Of a DNA stretch of 56,363 bases, positions 1 through 11,861 are shown in pieces (positions within the stretch are counted from its first letter, which is position 1; each line of letters begins with the position of its first letter). The DNA is taken from contig CAJNYD010000369.1 in the NCBI GenBank assembly GCA_905331295.1, positions 124,001-180,363 on the forward strand, written 5' to 3'. The position numbers and the translations under genes are program-made. The notes beneath the pieces are model-generated. The model made no database searches. It had not been told where the DNA came from and saw only the letters and a list, made by a program, of their open reading frames with translations. The DNA is from Rotaria socialis (taxonomy: Eukaryota).

Positions 1-130
1 GCCAAAACACGTTTTTTTCTTCTTGTTTATCAACCAATTTTAATACCGATGTTTTGATTGTTGTCAAATTACTAAAATAAAAACAGAAAAAGGTGTCGTG
101 TCATAAGTTGTTTTTCTTCTTCGTTAAATT

Positions 131-1964
131 ATGGTATCGATTCGTCTAAAAGTTCAAGTTGGTGATAGTAAATCAAATAATAATTCTTACCGGCAATCAG
201 TACCACCACCACCACCGCTGAAATTTGTTTTCCATTTTGTTATTTCACCATCTAATACAATTGCAGATCTTATATATTTGCTTGAAAGGCATATCACTGA
301 AAAATATTCATATAAAAATGTAAAAATCATCCAACTCATGACTGATGATGGTTATTTACTATCGAACGATGATTCTTGTTTGGGTCTACTAGAAGATAAT
401 GATCGATTAATTTGTTATGATATGAATAAATTTATAGAAGATAATTATTTGACGTTAGATCTTGAAAATTTATGGCTGGAAATAAAACAACATGATGCAA
501 GTGATAATTTTGAAAAATCTATTCAAGTCGGTTTGAATAATTTGGGAAAATTATTTATACGAATATATGGAACATCAACTATCCGTGGACTTTATATGTT
601 TAGTATATATGAATTAATAAAAATCGCTAATAGAAAGGAACAAAGTAATTATAACAAAATCAAATATTATAAATTTAAAACGAATATTTATTATTCGTTT
701 TGTTTTAGATAATAGTATTGCTCGATTGAATGATAAGAATTGGTTTATTGAAGCAAAATGGGAATATGATTCTATTTCAGAAGCATCATTATTTCTTCTA
801 TGCAATTTCAAAATCGGTTCAAATGAACACATTTGGTCTAATAAATTACATCTTTTACTAGATGAGCCACGCATGTGTATAGAAAGAGGTGAAATAATTT
901 GTTTATCAGATCAAAAAACTCAAGATGATAATTTAAGTGATCAACAACTAGAACATTTAAAAGAACTTACTTCAAAAATTCAATTAACAAAACGGATTGG
1001 CCCAGAAATAGATATCGATCGCGATAGAAACAAAACGATAACTAAGCATGATTGCGAGGGCGATTCATTAGTTCGAATGGCTTATGGCAGTACAAATACA
1101 GTAACATCATATCAAGATTTACGTGTGTCAGACGATGGAACGTTTCTTCAACATTTTGTGATCACACATATTAATTTTTCTAAGAAACTAACTGATGCAT
1201 CAGATGTTTTGCTTCAAGAACATTTGGCGTCTATCGATAAACCTATTTCCGTTGTAAAGTTAACTGTGTTTTATCATGCCGATAATGGGTCATGGTATGA
1301 ATGTGAAGATATAGATATTGCACCAATCACACTACGCAATCAAGAGCCAATGTGGTTAGCTGATTCACTGATTAATATTGAACCAGATAAATTAGTATCG
1401 TTTGTTATCAAAGGATATTTACGTGTTAAAGGCAAACCTGGGCGAGATAATGCAACGAGAAAACGAATTCACAAAAATTTATCACAACCATTTCAACTTA
1501 AAATCGTTATAACAGATAATTTTCATAAGCAATGTTCATTAATTGTTGAACAATTAAATAAGCCTCTAGAATATGATACATCGGAATCGTTTGTTAAATA
1601 TAATCAATCGTCGATTAATAATTTACTAGCTTTCGTTTATGCTGATGATTGTAATGATGATGAACGAGTGTTTATGGCTATTTATATAGATAAAGAACAG
1701 CAACTTGTGATTAAATCTGGTCATTCGTATTCAATAACGCTTGGCCGAAAAAATATTCGTACTATGGAGTTTGAAGCAAAACAAAATCAAACAACAGAAG
1801 TATCGTTTGATTCAATTTATTATCAATATGATAAACAGGAAAAAAAAGCAACAGCTTTATTTGATTCAGAATATTTTATTTTCTATGCGATTCGATTAGA
1901 AATATCAACAAGTACATCAACAACTGAAGAAACTGTACTCTTACCATTAGAAACAATCAAATAA
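131..1964 (+). CDS. Hypothetical protein (~590 aa), 2 exons (131-644, 709-1964); possible N-terminal ubiquitin-like domain
   Basis: GT-AG intron 645-708 (64 nt) joins ORFs 131..712 and 726..1964 in frame. The N-terminal segment FVISPSNTIADLIYLLERHI...QLMTDDGYLLSNDD...LLEDNDRLIC resembles beta-grasp domains of the coilin-N/Net1-Tof2 N-terminal type (weak). Confidence 0.75.
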
Positions 1965-2928
1965 TAAAATAATTTTGAAGGGGAGTGCCTCTAAAAAACA
2001 AACTTGTTTTTATTTTAATCAAGAAAATTCAATTAAAACATTTCGTAGTGAAAGTTTTGACTCGATATCAAAACTTTATGAAGTGATATGTAGATTTTGG
2101 TATATTTCGAACTGCAACACTAATGCAACCAGATGAACGTTCAGACTCGCATTAAAATATAGCTAATACATATCTGGTGCGGCCGACAAACAAAAGTCTG
2201 ATTTTTCTCAAAAGTTTTTCCACGAAGGAAACATAACATAAAGATAACTCGTTCTATTATGTTATCGAACTGATCTTTGCTTTCACTGTGATATCGAGAT
2301 TCATATTCTCGCGTCTGAAATTACAGAAGAACCTTCGATGCATAGACGCGTTGAAAAAAATATTCTACTATGACACAAAAGAAAAGTAATCTGAAACACT
2401 GTAATTTAAGACTTACCCGTTTAAACTAATACGAAAAACTGTTTTTATTCCATCCTATTCGAAGCTCAGCTTGAGCGTTTTACTTACTTATCATAGTTAG
2501 CGATGCAAAATAGTCTAATCATTACTGATAAAAGTTCAATTTCTCAGGAAGAAAACGTTATTTTATCAAATATGAGGCTTGAGAGACATGTACGTAATTA
2601 ATCTAAATCACATAATATTATTCATAGACAGGACAGAAGTACTTTTGAAATAATGCATTTTGTTTTCGCTATGAAGTTATTAATGATTCAACGAAAATAA
2701 TCTTGTTCCGAGAAAAAAGTTTAAAGTACGACATTCTGACTTTCAAAAAAAACATATATTTCTTATTTGCTCTGTGCAAAGAAATAAAACTAAAGAAACA
2801 TAAAAACTCGATGTGAGTCTTTGATCAATAAAAAAAAACTTTACACAATGCACTACACTCATCAGAACGCAAAAGCATCAAAACAGCACACCGCTGTTCT
2901 ATAACTAAAAACTGCTGGCATTGTAAAA

Positions 2929-4692
2929 ATGGCAGACTCCTTTAGTTGTTGTTTGGTTTGTCCAATCACATTTTCGTTATTTCGTGATCCAGTGATTGCT
3001 GAAGATGGTCATACATACGAACGTGAATCTATTATTGAATGGATCAAACATGATTCCACTAGTCCATTAACACGTGAACAAATTAGTATTGCAGGATTGC
3101 GTCCGAACCATACTGTTCGAAATTTAGCCAGTGAATTTCAAAAAAGTTTGTCAAAGCGTCATTATAAATTTAAATTAGGTGTTGATATTAAACGTCTTCC
3201 AAATCCATTCTTTCAATCCACTGGTAAAGCACTCTTCAAAGCTCAATGGATTGGTAATCCAAATGGGCCAGACATTGCTCTACTGAAATTATTTGGTGCT
3301 CGCGCTGAAAAAGAAGCATCATTTTATGAGCAGTTAACTCGTCATCCACATGTTGTTTATACATATGGTTTAGTTGAACAACCGGATGCAATTACCAGTA
3401 CTCATATTTTGCTTTTACAAGAAATGGCACCTCTAGGAAGCCTAGTTAATGTTCTTGATGATTATGTAGAAAATCATCCTAATAAGCCACTATCTGATAA
3501 ATTACTTAATCATATATTCTTACAAATATCCGATGCAATGATATTTTTATCATCGAAAAGTGTTATACATGGTGATTTAGCTTGTCGTAATATATTAGTA
3601 TTTCATTTTGATGTCGACGATCCACATAGAACATTAGTTAAGTTAACTGATTTTGGTATTAGTCGTGGCAGTTCGCTGTATTCAAAAATTGATGCCGTAC
3701 AAACAGCTATTGATACTATACCCATTCGATCGTCAGCGCCGGAAGTACTTGAGAATAATTTTGATAATCCACTTGATGTTTATTCAGAAAAATCAGATAT
3801 GTTTGCTATGGGTGTACTAATGTGGGAAACGTATTCAAATGGAAAAACGCCATGGGGTGAGGTTGCTAAAGAACAAGTAGTACGTAAGAAAGTAATCGAT
3901 GGAGAACGTTTATCTCGTCCAGCGAATTGCAAATCAGATTGCCAATGGAATTTAATATTAAAATGTATGTCGCAAGATTGTGATGATCGACCAACTTTTG
4001 CGGAATTAGCAACAGAATTGAAAAAATTCATAGATCCAGATAATAAGTCAAATTTAAAAGTTAGTGATTGACAATTTATTGATATTATTCACATAGAAAA
4101 TTTTCCTAGAACTCGTATCCATTGGTAAACAAGTCGAAAAGTTTACCATTTAAACAAGAAGAACAAGGTATATAACTGTTGTTTTCCTCTCATTATTTTC
4201 ATGTGATTCAAAGATCAGTTAAATATTTCTAGAAGAACTAGACGAAACTTCACGATCTTCTTTCGGTATGTAGAGCTACAAAGCTTAGCTAATACTTTCA
4301 TTTTATTTCTACTCTTTCAATAGTCATACAAGAAACCAAATCAATATCTTCTGATGATCATTCTGAAAAAACAAATCCGTCTGGTTCGTCGACTGGCAAA
4401 TATGTAAAGAAAGCATGTAATTTGTAAGCAAAAAAATCAATTCTATTTGATTGAAAAATAAGAAGTACGTTCAAATATAGTTTTGAACAGAAAATAATAG
4501 AACACAAACAACCATTGATCGGCCAACGATGGAAATCAACGTCAAAATTGGCATCGTTGAATGTACCAAAAATAACTGATAAAGCATCACCTCGCGAAGA
4601 ATTAATCAAAGTAAAACTTGTCTTTTCTCTATAATCAAGTGAAATTCTGGCGTTGTTTTTTCATTTGTTTCTAGTTAACAAAATGGCATTAA
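2929..4692 (+). CDS. U-box domain plus tyrosine-kinase-like protein kinase; long first exon 2929-4059, then several short 3' exons (3' structure tentative)
   Basis: U-box CPITFSLFRDPVIAEDGHTYERESIIEWI...SPLTR; kinase motifs HGDLACRNILV, KLTDFG, APE, SDMFAMGVLMWE, RPTF. Donor at 4060, acceptor at 4109; further GT-AG exons can be chained to TAA at 4690-4692. Confidence 0.85.
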
Positions 4693-5514
4693 GGTGATAA
4701 TACAAGAAGAAAAATTACTCTGTTGAATGTTTTTATCGTTATTACGACACGTAGACGAAAGATGTTTTTTTCTTCGATCGTCAAAAAATACACAAATTTA
4801 CTTTCTTTATTCATGTAGAAATTTATAGTTTAACTAAACGACAATGGTTTTTATTTTGACGAGGAATAGTTTGATAAGTTGTTTCTTATATTTAAAACAG
4901 GCCTATCAGAAATACTCTACGTTCCAATGGAATAGTTGCGATAAAAATTGTGTTTTTTACCCTACAGATGCTTTTGTTCGTTCTGTGTTACAAGGTGTCA
5001 CGCTTTTTTTGTCCTTTCTTTTTCTTTCACATAACAAATCGTTTCTAAAACAGTAAACTAACTCGACGAGTCATTCTATTGCGATCGTAAATATCGAATT
5101 TGTGTTTAAAACTGTGTCACGAAAATTTTAATTCAACATTATACTGAATTTCCACTGTCAATATACATTATTATTGTTCATGCGACATAAAGCAGTTTTA
5201 ACAATAGAACTCAATAAATATTGAAGATATGCAAAGTATTTAGGAATTATTCGATGATAATTTTTAATCTTTAATAGTGGGATAATGTTCTGATCGAAAA
5301 GTTAAAAACCAAAGTAGGCTTGTGAAATTTTTAAATAATTTTATTCAGATACATTGAAATAAATAAACGAAATAGACTATTTATAAATTTTTTCTTAAAG
5401 TAATCGAGTGTCAATCTAATCAGAAACAAATATTTTTCGATAGTTTTCTCCGAAGAGAAAGAGTTTTTACGACATTTTTTCCTCTGGGATCTTCAAGTAA
5501 AATAGACATGTAAT

Positions 5515-5809
5515 TGTAACGATTAAATGCAGAGAGCGTCCAAATTCCATCCGGGGGTGTAATGCTCTCGTTCGAGTGTAACCTATACATAAGATTTGGT
5601 CTTATGGTGCCATTTATTCTCATCACACCTATTGCCTCTATCTTTCTGTCCTTTACATTTGTCTTTATCTATCCTTCTTCTTCGTTCTCTCAAATGGTTG
5701 AGTATTTAAGCGTGTGCTTTATATGTAATCGATGCGATTTATGATTTGAAGAGTTAAATAAAGTGTAATACCATCAACACAGGCATCTCTTCTATCTAAA
5801 ATCGTCACA
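5515..5809. mobile_element. Solo LTR (295 bp)
   Basis: Starts TGTAACGATT and ends AATCGTCACA (imperfect inverted termini, TG...CA). Exact 5-bp target-site duplication GTAAT at 5510-5514 and 5810-5814. Internal TATTTAA and AATAAA on the + strand. Confidence 0.8.
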
Positions 5810-5818
5810 GTAATACTT

Positions 5819-6335
5819 AGAATTCGACGATGAAGAATTACTCTAGTATAATTTCACGGCATTAGAATTTGAATTGATAAGGACATTTTTACTTGTTTTC
5901 TATCGAATGTTGGTCGTATTTGATACGTTTTAAACAATCGAAAACAATTCAGGTGAATATTTATTTCATTTTTATCTCATGGTCTAGATATTAAGACATG
6001 ACTATGCGTGAAACAGATAATGTTACTATTTAGATTACGAGTTAAAACTGAAGTCAAATGGTTTATACTGGCTATTNAGAATTCGACGATGAAGAATTAC
6101 TCTAGTATAATTTCACGGCATTAGAATTTGAATTGATAAGGACATTTTTACTTGTTTTCTATCGAATGTTAGTCGTATCTGATACGTTTTAAACAATCGA
6201 AAACAATTCAGGTGAATATTTATTTCATTTTTATCTCATGGTCTAGATATTAAGACATGACTATGAGTGAAACAGATAATGTTACTATTTAGATTACGAG
6301 TTAAAACTGAAGTCAAATGGTTTATACTGGCTATT
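5819..6335. repeat. 258-bp direct tandem duplication split by a single N; probable assembly/allele overlap
   Basis: 5819-6076 and 6078-6335 are identical apart from about 3 substitutions; N at 6077. Confidence 0.85.
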
Positions 6336-7401
6336 TTTTTGAGTGATATAATTTCGCTGTTTTTCGTCTAAATTTTCCATGAAAGCGATGCAAACACATA
6401 TCATTTTGTCATGTTCTATTAAAATATAATATTTTATAGGAAGAAAAACGTGTTTTGTGAGGGTATAATCAGCATTTAGTGATACTCAACTACTTACATT
6501 ACATATTTAAACGGCTACAGAAATAATTATATGAATTCTATTTTCGCTGTTTGCTAATCGTTTTAGACAATAGAAATTTTATGTAGGAAATGATTCAATC
6601 GTGAATTATGTGCCTAGATTTCTTTTGGAGCTTAATTGAATAAAATAATCAAGTTATTTAACTTTAGCATCAGCTGTAAATATCAACTAGCTAGATTTGG
6701 CTCGTCATCTAGCGCAACGCACTGTTTCCTATATAAACATGTCTTAATTTGTCAATCATGGAATGAAGAATACTATATTAATCATTTGATTCTGTTTTTC
6801 AGACGTTGATGACAAAAATAGAGGCTCGAAAACAAAGAACAACTTGCTTAATCATTCATGCAAATAAATTTGCGCAAAAACCTTACGTGTTACTCTTAAT
6901 AACTACCATTAATTTGATATTTTAGTATGAGTGTCGATCGAAACAAAATATACGTGCGTTCAAGGGTTACAAAGGTGGAAAAAATTGTCTGACCGAATTA
7001 ACAATAATAAGTATGTCTATCTTATATAGCTAATTTATTATTGTAATTTCAAAAGCGTATTGGGAAGAAAAACGCATGTGTTGATCATCGTTGTTTCAAA
7101 GTTTTGTCTCGGAATTCGACTACGTAGTTAGTTAGTTAGTTAGATTTATTAGTCTTCGTTTTAATTAATTGATATTAAACTAATGAAATTATAACCTATC
7201 AGACTCGGTAATATTAATTAAAATTTTGTTATTAATACTATGTTCTAGAATTCCTTTAATTCTTGAAATCAATTTTTTCACCTAACTTTAATAATTCTTA
7301 TAAATGTACACATCAATATTAACTACTATATGTAACATTCCAAAGAATAATTTTTAACAAATAATTTAATTAGTATTTCTTATTTATTTCAAGAAAAAGA
7401 A

Positions 7402-9467
7402 ATGAATGATCTAACTGTTTATGATGAACTTTATGCAATAGTTTGTCAAGGTGACTTATCAAATCAACTTGATGCACGTCTAAAAGTATTGCCTGACGTT
7501 GATAAAGCTCTTGAGCACGTCTACCAACGAGATAATCAACAAAAAACATTACTAATAGTAGCCGCTTTACATGGACACGAGCTCGTGGCACGAATTTTAC
7601 TTTCCCATTCTTCCAATGTTAGAAATTTAGTAAAAATTACTGGTAATACATATGATATCAAAGGAAAACGTGCGTTACTTGTTACTGCACTATGGTGTGC
7701 TTGTGATCGAGGTCATTATAAATTGGCACAGACACTTATTGATGTAGGACAAGCTTGTATTGATGATTCTTCAAGAAATCCATTATTGATTGAAGCTATT
7801 AATAATGAACGTCTAGATACGATTCAATTTTTAATTGAAAACGACCATGTCGATATAAATGAAACAACAGAATATGAATATCGTAAATACAATAGCTTAA
7901 TGTTTGCTGCAGCATTAGGTCAAACTCAAATTGTAGCCTATCTTGTTGAAAAAGGTGCAAAAGTGGATTATCTCGGAGGAGTAAACAGTGGTACGGCTTT
8001 AGGGTGTGCAGCTTTGCATGGCCATTTAGAAGTTGTAAAAATATTATGTTCGGCCGGTGCTTGCCCGAATATCAAGAATAGACATGGCGAAACACCGATG
8101 ATATTAGCATATAAAAATGGTCAATTTGATGTTGCTGAATATCTTTTAGATCTTACACAAAATGATTTATATATTGACGAGCTGGAACTCATTGCTTGTT
8201 CATTCATAATACCACCAAGAAATAACGATAATGACCCATCGCCATTTGTAAAAATGGTGAATCTGATGCGAAAGTCATTTAAAATTAGAGAGGCAAGATA
8301 TTGTCCAAAAATAATAATGAAACCGGTTACGGCTTATAATTTCGAAACAGAATGTCAAACATTGAAAGAATTCGATAAAATTCAAGATGACCACGATCGT
8401 CTATTTATAGAAGCATTACTGATTCGAGAGCGTATTCTATTACCAAAGAAACTTAAAGGACTATGTGAACCATTGCTAATGTTTGGAGAGAAATTAATCG
8501 AAAAAGGTGACTATGAAAGTTGTATTCGTCTATGGGAACATACTTTCTATTTATATCAACTTATGAATCATGAAACCAGTCTTCATCGTTTTGTTTGGAT
8601 CTTTTGTAAAATGTTAGCAACTCATGTATCAATTTCCCCACAATTATTTCTACAAATATGTCGCTTGACATCTGAACCTTCGCAGAAACAAAATGCAAGT
8701 CATTACATTAAAAATACTGTATGCCTTGTAACAATTGCTGCAAAGGTAAACAAGTTTTTTCCTCTAATATAGGAATTTGATTTGTTGTTAAATAGTTTAC
8801 GTTTTTTTAAATATAGATTCTTGACCAAGAAAAATTGACTAAAGCAGAACGTCTATCGATCTATGAATGGATAAGTGATATTTGTCGTGAGAAACGTACA
8901 ACACCCTACAGACAGACATTATTACATTTGTCTGTTAATGAACAAACACATCTCGACATCAATTATCGAGCCAGCGAGATTCGACAAATTCTCAGGTAAA
9001 GATTTGCTGAAAATTTAAATAAAAAGATCGAGAAAAAAATCTTTATGATTTTTAGTTTTCCAAACTTAGTTACAACTCAACTTTTACTCACTCATGGTTC
9101 TCGTTGGATCAATTGCGATGCAGTCGATATTTTAAATGGTGATACAGCTCTTCATATCGTTTCTCAGAGTAATAAACCGGAAGCATTATCCATTGTTAAA
9201 TTGTTACTCAATGCTGGAGCTCATATCGATTGTCGAAACAAACATAATAAAACTCCATTCGACTCTGCGAAAACTATTGAAATGAAAAATTTACTTCAAA
9301 GACAACAAGCATCGGTGTCATTAAAATGTCTTTGTGCCTGTTACATTGTCGAAAAACAAATAAACTATGAATTCATTTGGAGAAAAGATACCAAATTGAA
9401 TACTTTTATTTATTTGCATGATTGTATAGCGAAACAAAATATAACTTCACTTGATTCCAAAGAATAA
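7402..9467 (+). CDS. fem-1: FEM-1-like ankyrin-repeat protein (Cullin-2 E3 substrate receptor family), 3 exons (7402-8745, 8817-8995, 9056-9467)
   Basis: N-terminal ankyrin repeats (TALWCAC, TALGCAALHGH); FEM1-type ALLIRERIL and CIRLW helical region; QTLLHL...FPN; C-terminal ankyrin repeats and SLKCLCA BC/VHL-box. Both GT-AG introns keep the frame. Confidence 0.85.
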
Positions 9468-9696
9468 ACTCTAGTTAGATATGTTGATTTCAAAATTATA
9501 TCAAATGTGATTTTTATCTATTTTCAATAGAAATCTAACCACGCATTATCACTTTTAACAGTGTACTTTTCTTTGCAAAAAATTTTCTTAAATGTATTTT
9601 CCAATTGAAATAGTCTGTTTTCTGTTGTTATCAACAAACACGAAAATAGATCAAATCGATCACACAGATGAACAAAACAAAATAAAAATAAACACG

Positions 9697-10290
9697 CTAA
9701 TCTTCCAATAACCATTTATCACGATGTTTTCTTTTTATTTCTGCTCTTCGTGCTTTAATAGTATCGAGTTCTTTTTTAGTTAACTTAACTTTTTTCTTTT
9801 GATTACCATTGTTTCGATTTAATTCTTCATTCCAAGCATTGTAATCAAAATAATGATACAATTGACGAAGATCACGTGCTTCTTGTCCAATAAGTCTTTT
9901 GCCAGTATTTATTGTACTTGGTATAACAGGTGGAACTGTATAAGGTTGATAGCGCAGATCAGTTTGATTAGTAGCATATGCCATGGGTAGAGTATAATCA
10001 TTGGTTTTATATTGCTCTTCTACTATAGTCGATGATGATTCAGATGTAGATGGTAGTGGTGGTGGTTCAATACAATCTTTTGGAGTTTCCCAAACCTAAA
10101 TATGATAATGAGGAAAAAAAGTGATATTAATAATTATAAAATGAATTACTGATTCATTTCCATCTGACCAGTAATAGCGTTTATAGTTTTCATCCCAATA
10201 TGGCTTCCATTTTGATGTTTCTTCGATTGATGTTGATGATTCTGTAGTATGAAATGGTGATGATGAAGCTAATTCAATATTATCAGCCAT
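9697..10290 (-). CDS. Small WW-domain protein with basic C-terminal helix, 2 exons (10290-10150, 10095-9697)
   Basis: Removing the 54-nt GT-AG intron 10096-10149 gives WKPYWDENYKRYYWSDGNESVWETP (WW domain). C-terminus RQLYHYFDY...KLTKKEL...KRKHRDKWLLED. Confidence 0.8.
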
Positions 10291-10669
10291 TCAACAACTG
10301 AAACTAACCATGAAACGATTTAATCATTATATAGGAATGTTATAAAAAAAGGTTTGTAGAATAATTCTGTGATTTGATCTTTATCTGCCGATAGAAAAAT
10401 TTTATGATTGTTGTCAAACAGAAATTTTAAACTCAAAAAATGTTTTTCCTTAAAGTTTTGGTAATGAATATGCTTAATAAAAGCTTGACGCTGAACCTAG
10501 CTTGAAAAAGATGTCGCTGTCATCATGTTCAGTATTTTGCTTACTGAGAATATGAATCAATCGTTAGTATCAGATGTATCGTCTTATTAGGGGCGTAACT
10601 AGGGGGTTTAGGAGGGCTCAGTCCCTGTCCCCTAGATAAAAATCCTGTGAAAAAATAAGTTTAGCCCCT

Positions 10670-10955
10670 TGTCACGTCACTGAGTGCGCATAAGACGCAA
10701 CTAGTACAAGGACCAGGTGCCACGATAATTTATTTGTTAGATGGCAAGATTGTTTGTAAAAGTAAAGATTGAATATAGGTTGAGTTTATTTTTAAAGGAT
10801 CAAGAAGTGTTCATTTTATTTAAGTAACTCACACTACTCTGAATGAGCGCGCGAAAAAGCAAGAAAATTAAATTAGTAAAACAAGCACATATTTAGATGT
10901 GTATACATATACAACAAGCATCAAAATAAGATACAAAGGCAATGCTGCCGTCACA
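10670..10955 (-). repeat. 3' LTR
   Basis: TGTCACGTCAC...GCCGTCACA; differs from the other LTR at 2 of 286 positions. Confidence 0.95.
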
Positions 10956-11861
10956 GAGCTCCCGCACCAAATGAAAATGGACCTCCGGGCCGTTAACCTC
11001 TTTTTTAATGGTGGGAAGAGAAATAGATGCTAGGTGATTATAAGATGTATTGAGATTTAAGGAGAGAAAAAAATTGAGTTATGAAGAAGAAATGATAATA
11101 AGAGAGAAATAGACGAGTTTAAAAGAATTGAATGATATAAGAGAGAGTTTGATTATAACGAGATAATTGGCGCAAACTGAGCTAATCAGATCGTAGAAGC
11201 GCCACCGAAACGACAACACGAAAGGAACGAGTCGAGAAATCAATAATAATGAAAGGAATGAACGGAAAATTGGAATGGGTACTTTGTATTGGTAAATTGG
11301 GTGCCGAAGATTTATATCAAAATAGTCGTGCATGGTTGTTTGGTGAGTAAACTAACGAGTTAACAGTGAAATGCATAGTATGTAGATGTTCATGAGACTA
11401 ATGTAATATTGTTTAGATGATAAGGGTCGAGAGCGACCAAACACCATGTTCATTGAAAAAGAAATCGTGGATTTAAGAATGATCAAACCCGATCCTCGAC
11501 CACATAGACCCTTTTTAATATGGAAAAAGGTATGTGTGAAATAGTGAACAGAACAAAGATAATTTCTGTTATGCGTTATAGAACAAGCAACAGTAGAAAG
11601 AAAAGCAACAGCTTACGACAACATTAAAACTATAAATTCTTATACTTTGCTATGAACTAAGAAATAAGTGCAATAAATTAACTGTTAATACAAGAAGGTG
11701 GTGAATGTGAACGAAACTTTGACGTTGACGATAATTGGAATGATAGATGAGAAAATTGTTGGAAATAAAATCAGAAAAGAAAGAGAGGCAAAGACATTTT
11801 TGTTTAAATAAATATCAAGAAATTCAATCGAAGACTACGATGAAATACAAAAAGATAGATC

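Noticed and set aside
5819..6335. 258-bp tandem duplication as a biological repeat
   Set aside because: The copies abut a single N and differ by about 3 SNPs, typical of unmerged allelic contig ends.
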